Part shown: positions 55,511 through 64,000 of the stretch, piece after piece
Layout of the letters: every line of letters begins with the position of its first letter
Position numbering within the stretch: position 1 is the first letter of the stretch
Source: Paracoccaceae bacterium
Lineage (GTDB): Bacteria; Pseudomonadota; Alphaproteobacteria; Rhodobacterales; Rhodobacteraceae
Length of the DNA: 64,000 nt
Direction of reading: 5' to 3'
Assembly: GCA_022763485.1 (NCBI GenBank)
Contig: JALEGX010000016.1
Coordinates: 2,820-66,819, forward strand
The notes under the pieces: model-generated
Told to the model about the DNA's origin: nothing
Seen by the model: the letters and a program-made list of their open reading frames with translations, nothing else
Database searches by the model: none
Position numbers and translations under genes: made by a program

Positions 55511-56246
55511 CCCCGCCGGGGACCGCGAACCGCCCTGTATACTCGGCTTCGAACTGGCGCAGCTGCGCCCGCGTCCAGCCGCGCTCGGCCCGGCCGTTGA
55601 CCCCGGTGGCACGCAGATGCCGTAGCACATCGCGCGGGGTTTCGAAGGTCAGAACAATGCGTTCCTGATGAAGATGCACCAGTTCCATGCCATGCGGCAG
55701 GAGATTCGGCCAATCCGCCGCATCCGCATAGGCCGGGGCCGCCGCATTGGAGCCCAATGCCTCCAGCTCCAGAAACTGCGCGCGGCCAAACCCGCTGAGC
55801 GCCAGCCAGCCACCGGCGGCCAGCTGCGCGCAGAGGCGCTCCAGAACAAAGGCGATCTCGGGCACCCATTGCACGGTCGACGCAGACAGGATCGCATCCA
55901 GCGACCCTTCGGGGTGAACCTCTTCGATCGGGCCGGGCAGAAACTGGTCCCCCGGCCTCAGGATCCCCTGAACCTGCGCCTGCATTTCGGGCACCAGATC
56001 GTTCAGGATCAAGGTCCCCAGCTCAAACCGGGCCCCCACGGCCTGGGTTAGATGACCGGTTCCACAACCGAATTCGAACACACGGCCCAGATGGGGCTGA
56101 TCTGCATTTGCGGCCAGCAGGTCGGCCAAAGCCGTGGCGATCCGGGTCTGCACCACCGCCCCGTCATGGTAGCTCTGCGCCCCGCGCCGGAAGCTTTGCC
56201 GCACGCGGGACAGGTCCGCACCCCGATCCTGTGTCAGATCCCTCAT
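55464..56246 (-). CDS. bioC: Malonyl-ACP O-methyltransferase BioC
   Basis: SAM methyltransferase fold (VFEFGCGTGHLT). ATGA-coupled start at 56246 to bioG. Last gene of the bio operon. Confidence 0.85.
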   Translation of the reverse strand: MRDLTQDRGADLSRVRQSFRRGAQSYHDGAVVQTRIATALADLLAANADQPHLGRVFEFGCGTGHLTQAVGARFELGTLILNDLVPEMQAQVQGILRPGDQFLPGPIEEVHPEGSLDAILSASTVQWVPEIAFVLERLCAQLAAGGWLALSGFGRAQFLELEALGSNAAAPAYADAADWPNLLPHGMELVHLHQERIVLTFETPRDVLRHLRATGVNGRAERGWTRAQLRQFEAEYTGRFAVPGGVSLTYDPVWVLARKR

Positions 56247-56863
56247 GCAAACACCTCGGTCCAATGGTCGAACTGGTCAAACGGCACATGGGGGGCTTTG
56301 ATCCGGCGCACCGCTGCGCCCTGATCCGCCCAGGCCCGTTCCAGATTGACGGACGGAAAGATACGATCCTGATCCGCGATCCAGATGCGATCAAAGGCCG
56401 TATCCGGGGCGGGACCGCGCGCGGCGACCTCTCGCAGTTCCTGCGCCCGGGCCGCGACGTCCAACGTCTGTTCCGGTTGGGCGGAACCATGGGCATGAGT
56501 CAGGAACGTCTGGAAACTGTCGTGGCTCAGCCCGTCAACGGTCCTGCGAAACACCACAGGCGGGATGCCCTTCTGCCGATCCACGGGTGTTAGCGCGCCA
56601 CAGACGGCCGCCTTCGCGGCAAAGGGATCGGGATTTTCAGCCTGCCAATGCGCATAGGCGGCCACCCCGAAAGACCACGCCAGCAAGCAGACCCGATCAT
56701 AGTTGCCCACATCAATGGACGCCGCCAGATCCCTGTAATCAGACACGAACAAGAGATCTACACACCCCGCGAAGCGTTCAAATGGGGATGAATTGACAGC
56801 CCAGCCGCCAAACACGACCAATGCCGTGTCCGTCCCGGTCTGGCTGAGCCATCGTGCCTGCAT
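56243..56863 (-). CDS. bioG: Pimeloyl-ACP methyl ester esterase, BioG (DUF452) type
   Basis: The ATG at 56863 (MQARWLSQ...VVFGGW...LLAWSFG) gives an alpha/beta-hydrolase-like protein of about 206 aa. It resembles DUF452/BioG as I recall it, and sits between bioA and bioC. Confidence 0.7.
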   Translation of the reverse strand: MQARWLSQTGTDTALVVFGGWAVNSSPFERFAGCVDLLFVSDYRDLAASIDVGNYDRVCLLAWSFGVAAYAHWQAENPDPFAAKAAVCGALTPVDRQKGIPPVVFRRTVDGLSHDSFQTFLTHAHGSAQPEQTLDVAARAQELREVAARGPAPDTAFDRIWIADQDRIFPSVNLERAWADQGAAVRRIKAPHVPFDQFDHWTEVFA

Positions 56864-56865
56864 CC

Positions 56866-58149
56866 CTAAAGCTCCTGCGCCAGTCGCAACATGCCTGCTG
56901 TGATCTCGCTCAGCTGATCGGGCGAGGTCACGAAGGGCGGCATGGTATAGATGTTGGTGCCGAAGGGGCGCAGGAACACGCCCATTTCGCACGCGCGGGC
57001 ATGGGCCGCATCCGCGGACACACGATGCTTCATTTCGATCACCCCGATGCCGCCAAGCACACGCACATCGGCCACCCCGTCAAAGTCGCGGGCCGGGGCC
57101 AGCTCGGTCTCCATCTGGTTTGCGATCCGCGACACGGTCCCCGACCAGTTCTGACCGGTCAACAGATCCAGCGATGCAGATGCCGCCGCACAGGCCAGCG
57201 GATTGCCCATATAGGTCGGCCCATGCATGAAGATCCCCGGATTGCTATTGCCGATGCCTTCGGCCACGCGGTCGTTGGTCATCGTGGTGGCAAAGGAAAT
57301 ATGTCCGCCTGTCAGTGCCTTACCCAGACAGATGATGTCAGGTTCGATGGAACAGAAATCCGTGGCAAACATCTTGCCTGTCCGGCCAAAACCGGTGGCG
57401 ATCTCATCAAAGATCAGCAGGATGCCGAATTCATCACACAGAGCCCGCGCCTGGTTCAGGTATTCGGGATGATAGAAGTACATGCCGCCCGTGCCTTGAA
57501 CCACCGGCTCCAGGATGAAGGCGGCGATCTTCTGCGCGTTTGTCTCCAGTACCTGACGCAGCTCGGCCAGACCGTTCTGCGCCGGGTCATCAACCCACTC
57601 CTGATTGATGCGGATCGGCGGGCGGGACACGAAGTGCTGCACACTGAGCGCGCCCTGAAACAGGTGATGCATGCCGGTGTCGGGGTCACAGACGCTCATC
57701 GCCTTCCAGGTGTCCCCGTGATAGCCCGAGCGGATGGTGGCAAACTCGCTGCGCCCCGGAAATCCCTTGGCGTGCTGGTATTGCACCGCCATTTTCATCG
57801 CAACTTCGACGGACACCGACCCGGAATCACAATAGAAAATGCGCGTCAGGCTGTCCGGCGTCACCGACAGCAACCGCTGGCCCAAGCTGATCGCGGGTTT
57901 GTGCGTCAGCCCGCCGAACATCACATGCGGCAGCTGATCCAGCTGGTCGTGGATCGCCTTGGTGATGACCGGATTGCGATGCCCATGCACCATACACCAC
58001 CATGACGACATCGCGTCGATCAGGCGGGTGCCATCGTCCAGCGTCAGATAAACGCCTTCGGATTCGCGCACCACGAAGGTGGGACCGGGCCGTTCAACGT
58101 TGGTGTAAGGGTGCCAGAGGTGCTGCTGGTCAAATTCCAATGGGGTCAT
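56866..58149 (-). CDS. bioA: Adenosylmethionine-8-amino-7-oxononanoate aminotransferase BioA
   Basis: 427 aa. Class-III PLP aminotransferase (LIFDEIATGFGRTGK). Confidence 0.95.
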   Translation of the reverse strand: MTPLEFDQQHLWHPYTNVERPGPTFVVRESEGVYLTLDDGTRLIDAMSSWWCMVHGHRNPVITKAIHDQLDQLPHVMFGGLTHKPAISLGQRLLSVTPDSLTRIFYCDSGSVSVEVAMKMAVQYQHAKGFPGRSEFATIRSGYHGDTWKAMSVCDPDTGMHHLFQGALSVQHFVSRPPIRINQEWVDDPAQNGLAELRQVLETNAQKIAAFILEPVVQGTGGMYFYHPEYLNQARALCDEFGILLIFDEIATGFGRTGKMFATDFCSIEPDIICLGKALTGGHISFATTMTNDRVAEGIGNSNPGIFMHGPTYMGNPLACAAASASLDLLTGQNWSGTVSRIANQMETELAPARDFDGVADVRVLGGIGVIEMKHRVSADAAHARACEMGVFLRPFGTNIYTMPPFVTSPDQLSEITAGMLRLAQEL

Positions 58150-58775
58150 CGTGCAAGCGCCTCGTGGATCGGGTGCATGTCAATCGTGTCCTTGAAGGCC
58201 TGGCGCAGGGTGTCCGGCGTCAGCGACGGCAAGGCCGGCAAGCGGCCCAGGCGCGTCACCTGTCCGAAATCGACGATCGTCTGTTCCACGTCCGGCTCAG
58301 CTTCACCGATGAAAGCCACGCCGACGGGCTGGCACCCGGCTTGGCGCAGCGCCTGAAGGGACATCAGCGTGTGATTGATCGTGCCCAGCTGGGTCCGCGC
58401 GCAGAGGACAACCGGCACCTGCCAGCGGGCGAACAGATCCAGATACAGGCTTTCCCGGTTCAGAGGCACCATCAGCCCCCCCGCCCCTTCGATCACCACC
58501 GGCCCGTCACAGTCCGGCAGGGTCAGCGTGGACGGATCGATGGTCGCGCCTTCCGCTTCGGCCGACAGATGCGGTGACGCGGGCAGATCGAAGATATAGC
58601 CTTCGGGCAACGCGGGCCGTCCGGACAAGCGCTGGACAATCTGGCTGTCGGTTTCGCCTTCGATGCCTGATTGCACCGGTTTCCAGTAGGTGCCGTTCAA
58701 TGCCCCGACCAAACCGGCAGAGAAGACAGTCTTGCCAATGCCGGTATCGGTGCCGGCCACGATCAGATGGGTCAT
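58146..58775 (-). CDS. bioD: Dethiobiotin synthase BioD
   Basis: 209 aa. GTDTGIGKT P-loop. 4-nt overlaps with both neighbours. Confidence 0.93.
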   Translation of the reverse strand: MTHLIVAGTDTGIGKTVFSAGLVGALNGTYWKPVQSGIEGETDSQIVQRLSGRPALPEGYIFDLPASPHLSAEAEGATIDPSTLTLPDCDGPVVIEGAGGLMVPLNRESLYLDLFARWQVPVVLCARTQLGTINHTLMSLQALRQAGCQPVGVAFIGEAEPDVEQTIVDFGQVTRLGRLPALPSLTPDTLRQAFKDTIDMHPIHEALAR

Positions 58776-59911
58776 ACGGGTTCCTCCAAAAGCTGGCGGG
58801 CGACTTCGGTGAACGCGGCGGTCACCTGCTCGGGCGTGACATTGGCCGTGATTGAAATGCGCAAGCGCGCGGTTCCCCTTGGAACGGTCGGCGGGCGCAC
58901 CCCGCGAATATCAAAACCGCTCTGGCGCAGGGACTCGGCAATTCGCATGGTGCGCTTGTCGCATCCGATCACCACCGGGATGATCTGGCTCTGGCAGCCC
59001 TGCAGCCCGAACAGGCGGTCCGCCTCTCGCCAGGCGTGCCGGATGTTGTCCCAGGCACGCGCCCGGCAATCCGGCTCTCCGGCCAGCAGCGACAGCGACG
59101 CCCGGACCAACGCCGCGTTCAACGGCGACGGCGCGGTGGCGAAGATAAAGGTGCGGGCCTTGTTCACCAGCGTTTCGATCAGCACCTTCTGGCCGCAGAT
59201 CAGCGCCCCGGACACCCCCAGCCCCTTGCCACAGGTGTGCAGGGACAGGACATGCGGTGCGGACGCGATATCATGCGCCAAACCGCGCCCGCCCGGACCG
59301 AACAGCCCGGTCGAATGCGCCTCATCCACCACCAGAACGGCGTTTTCCCGAAGGGCCAGTTCAGACAAGGCGGCCAAGGGGGCGATGTCACCATCCATGG
59401 AATACAGCGCTTCGACCGCGATCCAGACCTGCCCCTTGCCGCCTGCCGCTTTCCACTCGGCAATGGCGCGGGTGCAATCCGCCACATCATTATGCGCAAA
59501 GCTGCGGGTTTCGGCGCGCCCCTGCCGCATGCCGTCATGGGTGCTGGCATGGATCAGCGCGTCATAGAGCACCAGATCGCCGTGCTGCGGCAGGGTCGAG
59601 AAGATCGCCAAATTGGCATTGAAGCCACCGCCCATGAACAGCGCCGCCTCAGTTCCGAAGAACTGGGCCGCTTCGGCCTCCAGCCGTTCATGTTCGGCAT
59701 CATTTCCCCGCAACAGGCGCGAGCCCCCCGCGCCAACGGGCACGCCGCGGGCCAACGCCGCGGCGGCGGCCTGGCGCAGCTCTTCCGAACCGGCCAGCCC
59801 CAGATAGTCGTTCGAGGAAAAATCACAGCCTTCGCGCGGCACCAGCGACCGGTACCGCCCGCGGGCCTTCAGCGCGGCAAGCGCCTGATCCTGTCGCGCA
59901 AAGGCGGTCAT
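58772..59911 (-). CDS. bioF: 8-amino-7-oxononanoate synthase BioF
   Basis: ATGA-coupled ATG at 59911 ([21 protein letters not shown]). PLP-dependent acyl-CoA transferase family. The 46-aa extension in the track ORF is spurious. Confidence 0.93.
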   Translation of the reverse strand: MTAFARQDQALAALKARGRYRSLVPREGCDFSSNDYLGLAGSEELRQAAAAALARGVPVGAGGSRLLRGNDAEHERLEAEAAQFFGTEAALFMGGGFNANLAIFSTLPQHGDLVLYDALIHASTHDGMRQGRAETRSFAHNDVADCTRAIAEWKAAGGKGQVWIAVEALYSMDGDIAPLAALSELALRENAVLVVDEAHSTGLFGPGGRGLAHDIASAPHVLSLHTCGKGLGVSGALICGQKVLIETLVNKARTFIFATAPSPLNAALVRASLSLLAGEPDCRARAWDNIRHAWREADRLFGLQGCQSQIIPVVIGCDKRTMRIAESLRQSGFDIRGVRPPTVPRGTARLRISITANVTPEQVTAAFTEVARQLLEEPV

Positions 59912-60921
59912 CTTGCTCCGTCGCAGCCAACGTCCATCGCGCTCAGGCCCAGACGGTTGAACAGCATGGTATCGGTATCTTCTTCCGGGTTGTCCGCGGT
60001 CAGCAGCGTGTCCCCTACGAAGATCGAGTTTGCACCGGCGAAGAAGCACATCGCCTGCAGCTCATCGGTCATGTCGGTGCGGCCGGCGGACAGGCGCACA
60101 TGCGACCGGGGCATCAGGATGCGGGCCAGCGCGATGGTGCGCACAAATTCGATCGGATCCAGCGGCTTGACGTCGGCCAGCGGCGTGTCGGCAATCGGGA
60201 TCAGCATGTTCACCGGCACACTGTCGGGGTGCTCTTCCAGTGTGGCCAGCGCCAGCAGCATGTCGATGCGGTCCATCTGCTGCTCCCCCATGCCGACGAT
60301 CCCGCCCGCACAGACCTTGATGCCCGCTTCGCGCACCCGATTCAGCGTGTCGATCCGATCCGCAAAGGTCCGCGTGGTGATGATTTCGGAGTAGTAGCGC
60401 TCGGAGGTGTCGATGTTGTGGTTGTAGTAATCCAGACCCGCGCCCTTGAGCTGGATCACCTGGTCATCGTCCAGCATACCCAACGTCATGCAGGTTTCCA
60501 TGCCAAGCGCCTTCACGCCTTCGACCATCGCGGTCAACGACGCCATGTCCCGATCCTTGGGCGAGCGCCAGGCCGCCCCCATGCAATAGCGGGTCGCGCC
60601 GCCTTCCTTGGCCTTGCGGGCTTCGGCGATCACGCGTTCGACCTCGATCAGCTTCGAAGCCGACAGTTTGGCGCCGTTGCGGGCCGACTGCGAGCAATAG
60701 GCGCAGTCTTCGGCGCAGCCGCCGGTCTTGATGCTCAGCAGCTTGGATTTTTGCACCTGGTTCGGGTCGAAATGCTGACGGTGCACAGTGTGCGCCTCAT
60801 AGAGAAGATCCATGAAAGGCTGATTATAGATAGTTTCAGCTTCTTCACGCGTCCAATCGGTGCGAATAGGCGAACGGTCCAGCATGGCGCTCCTCGAAAT
60901 TCCATATCTGTCACGGGACAT
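59908..60921 (-). CDS. bioB: Biotin synthase BioB
   Basis: 337 aa. Radical-SAM motif [11 protein letters not shown]. An alternative ATG at 60885 is possible. Confidence 0.96.
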   Translation of the reverse strand: MSRDRYGISRSAMLDRSPIRTDWTREEAETIYNQPFMDLLYEAHTVHRQHFDPNQVQKSKLLSIKTGGCAEDCAYCSQSARNGAKLSASKLIEVERVIAEARKAKEGGATRYCMGAAWRSPKDRDMASLTAMVEGVKALGMETCMTLGMLDDDQVIQLKGAGLDYYNHNIDTSERYYSEIITTRTFADRIDTLNRVREAGIKVCAGGIVGMGEQQMDRIDMLLALATLEEHPDSVPVNMLIPIADTPLADVKPLDPIEFVRTIALARILMPRSHVRLSAGRTDMTDELQAMCFFAGANSIFVGDTLLTADNPEEDTDTMLFNRLGLSAMDVGCDGAR

Positions 60922-60937
60922 CCGCGACTGATCGTTT

Positions 60938-60947
60938 TTATAGATAA
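60938..60947. promoter_or_regulatory. BioR-type operator TTATAGATAA upstream of bioB
   Basis: Exact match to the alphaproteobacterial BioR motif TTATMKATAA as I recall it, 17 nt upstream of the bioB ATG. TTTATAAA follows directly. Confidence 0.55.
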
Positions 60948-61035
60948 TTTATAAATGGCAAAACAAGAGATTTCTGCTGCGCTGCCGCAATTTGCCACGC
61001 CAGACCGGGAAACCAAGGATTTTCAGAGAGTTGTC

Positions 61036-61121
61036 TGGTACGGGCGGTGGGACTCGAACCCACACGGGCATACGCCCTTCGGATTTTAAGTCCGATATGT
61101 CTACCATTCCATCACGCCCGC
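61036..61121 (-). tRNA. tRNA-Leu (anticodon UAA)
   Basis: Minus strand reads GCGGGCG..AUCGGACUUAAAAUCCGA..long variable arm..GUGGGUUCGAGUCCCAC CGCCCGU A CCA. The cloverleaf was folded by hand. It has a 7-bp acceptor stem (one G-U), the anticodon loop CUUAAAA, and an encoded CCA. Confidence 0.92.
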
Positions 61122-61184
61122 ACGCGACGTCCCATCCCTACAAGCAGGTTCTGGCAAAAACAATGCCAGATCGTGGGGAATGAA

Positions 61185-61787
61185 TCAGAGTTCCTGCCCC
61201 TTTGGCTCCAGCGGACCACCCGGCCCCGCCAGCCCCCGTTCCGGCAGCCAGGGATTCAGGGACAACGCCTGCTGCAGCACGGCGCTGGCTTCGTCCAGTC
61301 GCCCCAGCGCATAAAGCGACAGCGCCTTGCCACTCATGGCGGCGATGTGTTGCGGGCTGATTTCAAGCGCCCGGTCCAGATCCACCAGAGCGGCGGGAAA
61401 GTCATGGCGCAGATAGTTCACGAAGGCGCGCTGATTGTAGCCTTCGGCATAGTGGGGGCAGTAGTCCACCAACGCATCGAAATCAGCCAATGCGCCGATA
61501 AAGTCATAAGATGAGCGCCGCCGCATTCCCCGGTCCAGAATGGCCTGGGCCTGTTCGTTTGGTGCATCCGCCCAATAGCTCCACATCTCGTTTGAGATTT
61601 GCGCGGCCTGAATTTCATTCGGCGCGACGCGCACTTGCGAGATCAGCGATTGCAGGACTTCGGAATGATCCGGCGCAGCGGGGCATGTGTCAGCGGACGC
61701 AGCACCGGCCAGGGCGCCGGCGATCAGCGAGGCAAACAGCGGGGCAGAATGCGAAACGGAACGGGGCATATCCCTATGCTGACGCAA
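61185..61787 (-). CDS. Secreted tetratricopeptide-repeat protein
   Basis: 200 aa. Signal-like segment LFASLIAGALAGAASA followed by TPR-like helices. The start could instead be the internal ATG (MPRSV). Confidence 0.7.
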   Translation of the reverse strand: MRQHRDMPRSVSHSAPLFASLIAGALAGAASADTCPAAPDHSEVLQSLISQVRVAPNEIQAAQISNEMWSYWADAPNEQAQAILDRGMRRRSSYDFIGALADFDALVDYCPHYAEGYNQRAFVNYLRHDFPAALVDLDRALEISPQHIAAMSGKALSLYALGRLDEASAVLQQALSLNPWLPERGLAGPGGPLEPKGQEL

Positions 61788-61799
61788 AAAGGCAAGCGA

Positions 61800-62282
61800 T
61801 CAAGTCACGTTTTCGAGCGCAGCAAGCGCCCCACCCTCCTTGATCGCCTGCATCGCCATGAAGGTCGACGTGGACGCCACATGCGGCAGGGTCGAAATCT
61901 TTTCGGCCAGAACCGCGCGATAGGCTGCCATCGACCGGGTGCGGATCTTCAGCAGATAGTCGAAATTCGATGCGATCATATGGGCCTGCTCGATCTCTCC
62001 TACCTTGGCCACCGCTGCGTTGAAGGCCGACAGCGCCGCCTCCCGTGTATCGTTCAAGCGCACTTCGACAAAGGCCACGTGGTCCAGCCCCAGACGGATC
62101 GGATCAATCAGCGCGCGATAACCGATGATCACCCCATCCGCCTCCAGCTTGCGCAGGCGCGCCTGGGTTGGCGACTTTGACAGGCCGATGCGCCGCGCTA
62201 GATCCGCGATCGAGATCCGCCCGTCCTCGGCCAGCACGTTCAGAATCGCCTGATCGAAGCGATCCAAGCCCAAACCATCCAT
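61800..62282 (-). CDS. putR: Lrp/AsnC-family transcriptional regulator (PutR-like)
   Basis: The ATG at 62282 (MDGLGLDRFDQAILNVLAEDGRISIADLARRIGLSKSPT) gives an HTH plus RAM domain. It is divergent from putA. Confidence 0.88.
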   Translation of the reverse strand: MDGLGLDRFDQAILNVLAEDGRISIADLARRIGLSKSPTQARLRKLEADGVIIGYRALIDPIRLGLDHVAFVEVRLNDTREAALSAFNAAVAKVGEIEQAHMIASNFDYLLKIRTRSMAAYRAVLAEKISTLPHVASTSTFMAMQAIKEGGALAALENVT

Positions 62283-62299
62283 TTCGACCTCCAAATACC

Positions 62300-62368
62300 A
62301 AAATTTCAGATCTTTCGCCCGTGAATACGCAAAATTCAGTCGAATGTCCCGAAAATTCGCAAGTATTC
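62300..62368. promoter_or_regulatory. Candidate PutR/Lrp operator array in the putR-putA intergenic region
   Basis: AAAATTTCAG (62300), AAAATTCAG (62331) and GAAAATTCG (62351), spaced 31 and about 21 bp apart. They are flanked by the inverted hexamers GAATAC (62323-62328) and GTATTC (62363-62368). Confidence 0.45.
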
Positions 62369-62391
62369 TACCACAAAGACCATGAACGGAT

Positions 62392-64000
62392 ATGCCCATG
62401 CGCCTGCGTGATACCCTCGACCCGCTGACCTATGCTGACCAGGACACCCTTCTGGAGCAGCTGGTTCAGACCGCCGCCCTGTCCGATGAGGACCGCCAGA
62501 CGATCTGCGCCAATGCCGCGGCGCTGGTCCGCGACATCCGCGGCCATTCCTCGCCCGGCCTGATGGAGGTTTTCCTAGCCGAATATGGCCTGTCCACCGA
62601 TGAGGGCGTGGCGCTGATGTGTCTGGCCGAAGCCCTGCTGCGGGTGCCCGATGCCGATACGATCGACGCGCTGATCGAAGACAAGATCGCGCCTTCGGAC
62701 TGGGGCAAGCATCTGGGGCACTCATCGTCCTCGCTGGTGAATGCCTCGACATGGGCGCTGATGCTGACGGGCAAGGTGCTGGACGACAGCAAGCCATCGC
62801 CGGTGAACGCGTTGCGCAGCGCCGTCAAACGCCTGGGCGAGCCGGTCATTCGCACCGCCGTGGGCCGCGCGATGAAGGAAATGGGCCGTCAGTTCGTGCT
62901 GGGTGAAACCATCCAGTCCGCGATGAAGCGGGCCGCCGGGATGGAGAGCAAGGGCTATACCTATTCCTATGACATGCTGGGCGAGGCCGCGCGCACAGAA
63001 GCCGACGCCGCGCGCTATCACCTGGCTTATTCGCGCGCCATCGCAGCCATCGCCGAGGCCTGCACCCACGATGATATCCGCGCCAATCCGGGTATCTCGG
63101 TCAAGCTGTCGGCGTTGCACCCACGCTATGAAATCGCCCAGGAAAGCCGGGTGATGGATGAGCTGGTGCCACGTCTGCGCGCGCTTGCGCTGCTGGCCAA
63201 GGCGGCCGGGATGGGCCTGAACGTGGACGCAGAAGAAGCCGACCGCCTGTCGCTGTCGCTGGAGGTGATCGACGCGGTCATGGGCGACCCGGCCCTTGCC
63301 GGATGGGACGGCTTCGGCATCGTGGTTCAGGCCTATGGCCCCCGAGCCGGTGCGGTGATCGACATGCTCTATGACATGGCAAACCGCCACGACCGCAAGA
63401 TCATGATCCGTCTGGTCAAGGGTGCCTATTGGGATACCGAAATCAAGCGCGCGCAGGTTGAAGGGATCGACGGGTTCCCGGTCTTCACCAACAAATCCGC
63501 GACCGACGTGTCCTATATCTCCAATGCGCGCAAACTGCTTGGCATGACCGATCGGATCTATCCGCAGTTCGCCACCCACAACGCCCACACCGTCAGCGCG
63601 ATCCTGCATATGGCGCAGGACGGACAGCCCTATGAATTCCAGCGTCTGCACGGGATGGGCGAAACCCTGCACCAGATGGTGTTGGAGCAGAACCGGACCC
63701 GCTGCCGGATCTATGCCCCGGTTGGGGCGCATCGTGACCTTCTGGCCTATCTGGTGCGCCGCCTGCTGGAAAACGGTGCCAACAGCTCTTTCGTGAACCA
63801 GATCGTGGATGAGGATGTCGCCCCCGAGGTGGTGGCCGCAGACCCGTTCGACACGGTCAAGCTCCCTGCCCCGGTCATCCCGCTGGGACCGGACCTGTTT
63901 CAGCCGGAGCGCCCGAACTCCAAGGGGTTTGACCTGAAACACGCCCCTACCCTGGCCCGGATCGAAGAAGCCCGCGCGCCGTATCGCTCCTGTCAGTGGG
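62392..64000 (+). CDS. putA: Bifunctional proline dehydrogenase / L-glutamate-gamma-semialdehyde dehydrogenase PutA (5-prime partial, continues beyond the window)
   Basis: Absent from the ORF track because there is no stop in the window. My own translation from the ATG at 62392 gives MPMRLRDTLDPLTYADQDTLLEQL...GLMEVFLAEYGLSTDEGVALMCLAEALLRVPD...YSYDMLGEAA, which is typical of PutA. Confidence 0.9.
   Translation, partial: MPMRLRDTLDPLTYADQDTLLEQLVQTAALSDEDRQTICANAAALVRDIRGHSSPGLMEVFLAEYGLSTDEGVALMCLAEALLRVPDADTIDALIEDKIAPSDWGKHLGHSSSSLVNASTWALMLTGKVLDDSKPSPVNALRSAVKRLGEPVIRTAVGRAMKEMGRQFVLGETIQSAMKRAAGMESKGYTYSYDMLGEAARTEADAARYHLAYSRAIAAIAEACTHDDIRANPGISVKLSALHPRYEIAQESRVMDELVPRLRALALLAKAAGMGLNVDAEEADRLSLSLEVIDAVMGDPALAGWDGFGIVVQAYGPRAGAVIDMLYDMANRHDRKIMIRLVKGAYWDTEIKRAQVEGIDGFPVFTNKSATDVSYISNARKLLGMTDRIYPQFATHNAHTVSAILHMAQDGQPYEFQRLHGMGETLHQMVLEQNRTRCRIYAPVGAHRDLLAYLVRRLLENGANSSFVNQIVDEDVAPEVVAADPFDTVKLPAPVIPLGPDLFQPERPNSKGFDLKHAPTLARIEEARAPYRSCQW

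Noticed and set aside
61036-61121. tRNA-Leu as a possible integration hotspot or genomic-island boundary
   Set aside because: There is no integrase, phage or IS gene on either side. The flanks are the bio operon and a TPR/putR/putA block. I did not notice a duplicated tRNA 3-prime segment nearby.

Overview
This is a GC-rich alphaproteobacterial chromosomal core region. Gene order and several lineage-typical cis elements suggest Rhodobacterales (Rhodobacter/Roseobacter group), by inference only. Those elements are a GTTC-N7-GTTC SOS box, a TTATAGATAA BioR-type box, a DUF1127 gene followed by CCUCCUCCC-loop hairpins, and divergent putR/putA.

Content from left to right:
- A DUF427 protein, a BenE-family transporter, a ClC channel, recN and bamD.
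- A complete dcw division/cell-wall cluster on the minus strand: lpxC, ftsZ, ftsA, ftsQ, ddl, murB, [3 small membrane proteins + APC permease], murC, murG, ftsW, [opposite-strand flavoprotein], murD, [ACT protein], mraY, murF, murE, ftsI, ftsL, rsmH, mraZ.
- A roughly 0.6 kb AT-rich non-coding island upstream of mraZ, then apbC/mrp.
- A DUF1127 gene with a tandem sRNA-like hairpin array, uvrD, a GAF-GGDEF protein, an FMN alpha-hydroxy-acid dehydrogenase and pyruvate carboxylase.
- A SPOR-dac-tmk-holB-tatD-MBL operon and an AEC transporter.
- A TPP riboswitch followed by thiC-O-S-G-E-F-D, then bioB-F-D-A-G-C.
- tRNA-Leu(UAA), a TPR protein, and putR/putA. putA runs off the right edge.

I saw no IS elements, integrases, prophage genes, CRISPR arrays, toxin-antitoxin pairs or recognisable defence genes. 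The protein-coding content looks like ordinary core genome, and I cannot support a claim of a novel protein system here.

What deserves a second look is non-coding:
- the CcsR/cuckoo-like hairpin array;
- a repeat-dense AT-rich island upstream of mraZ, with 10-bp-phased G-rich boxes and a terminator-like leader hairpin;
- perfect DnaA boxes upstream of ftsZ;
- an SOS box at uvrD;
- BioR-like and PutR-like operators;
- a few perfect inverted repeats.

Many long ORFs in the supplied track are antisense or out-of-frame shadow ORFs typical of GC-rich DNA. Several real genes are over-extended at the N-terminus in that track, and I give trimmed starts where the sequence supports them.
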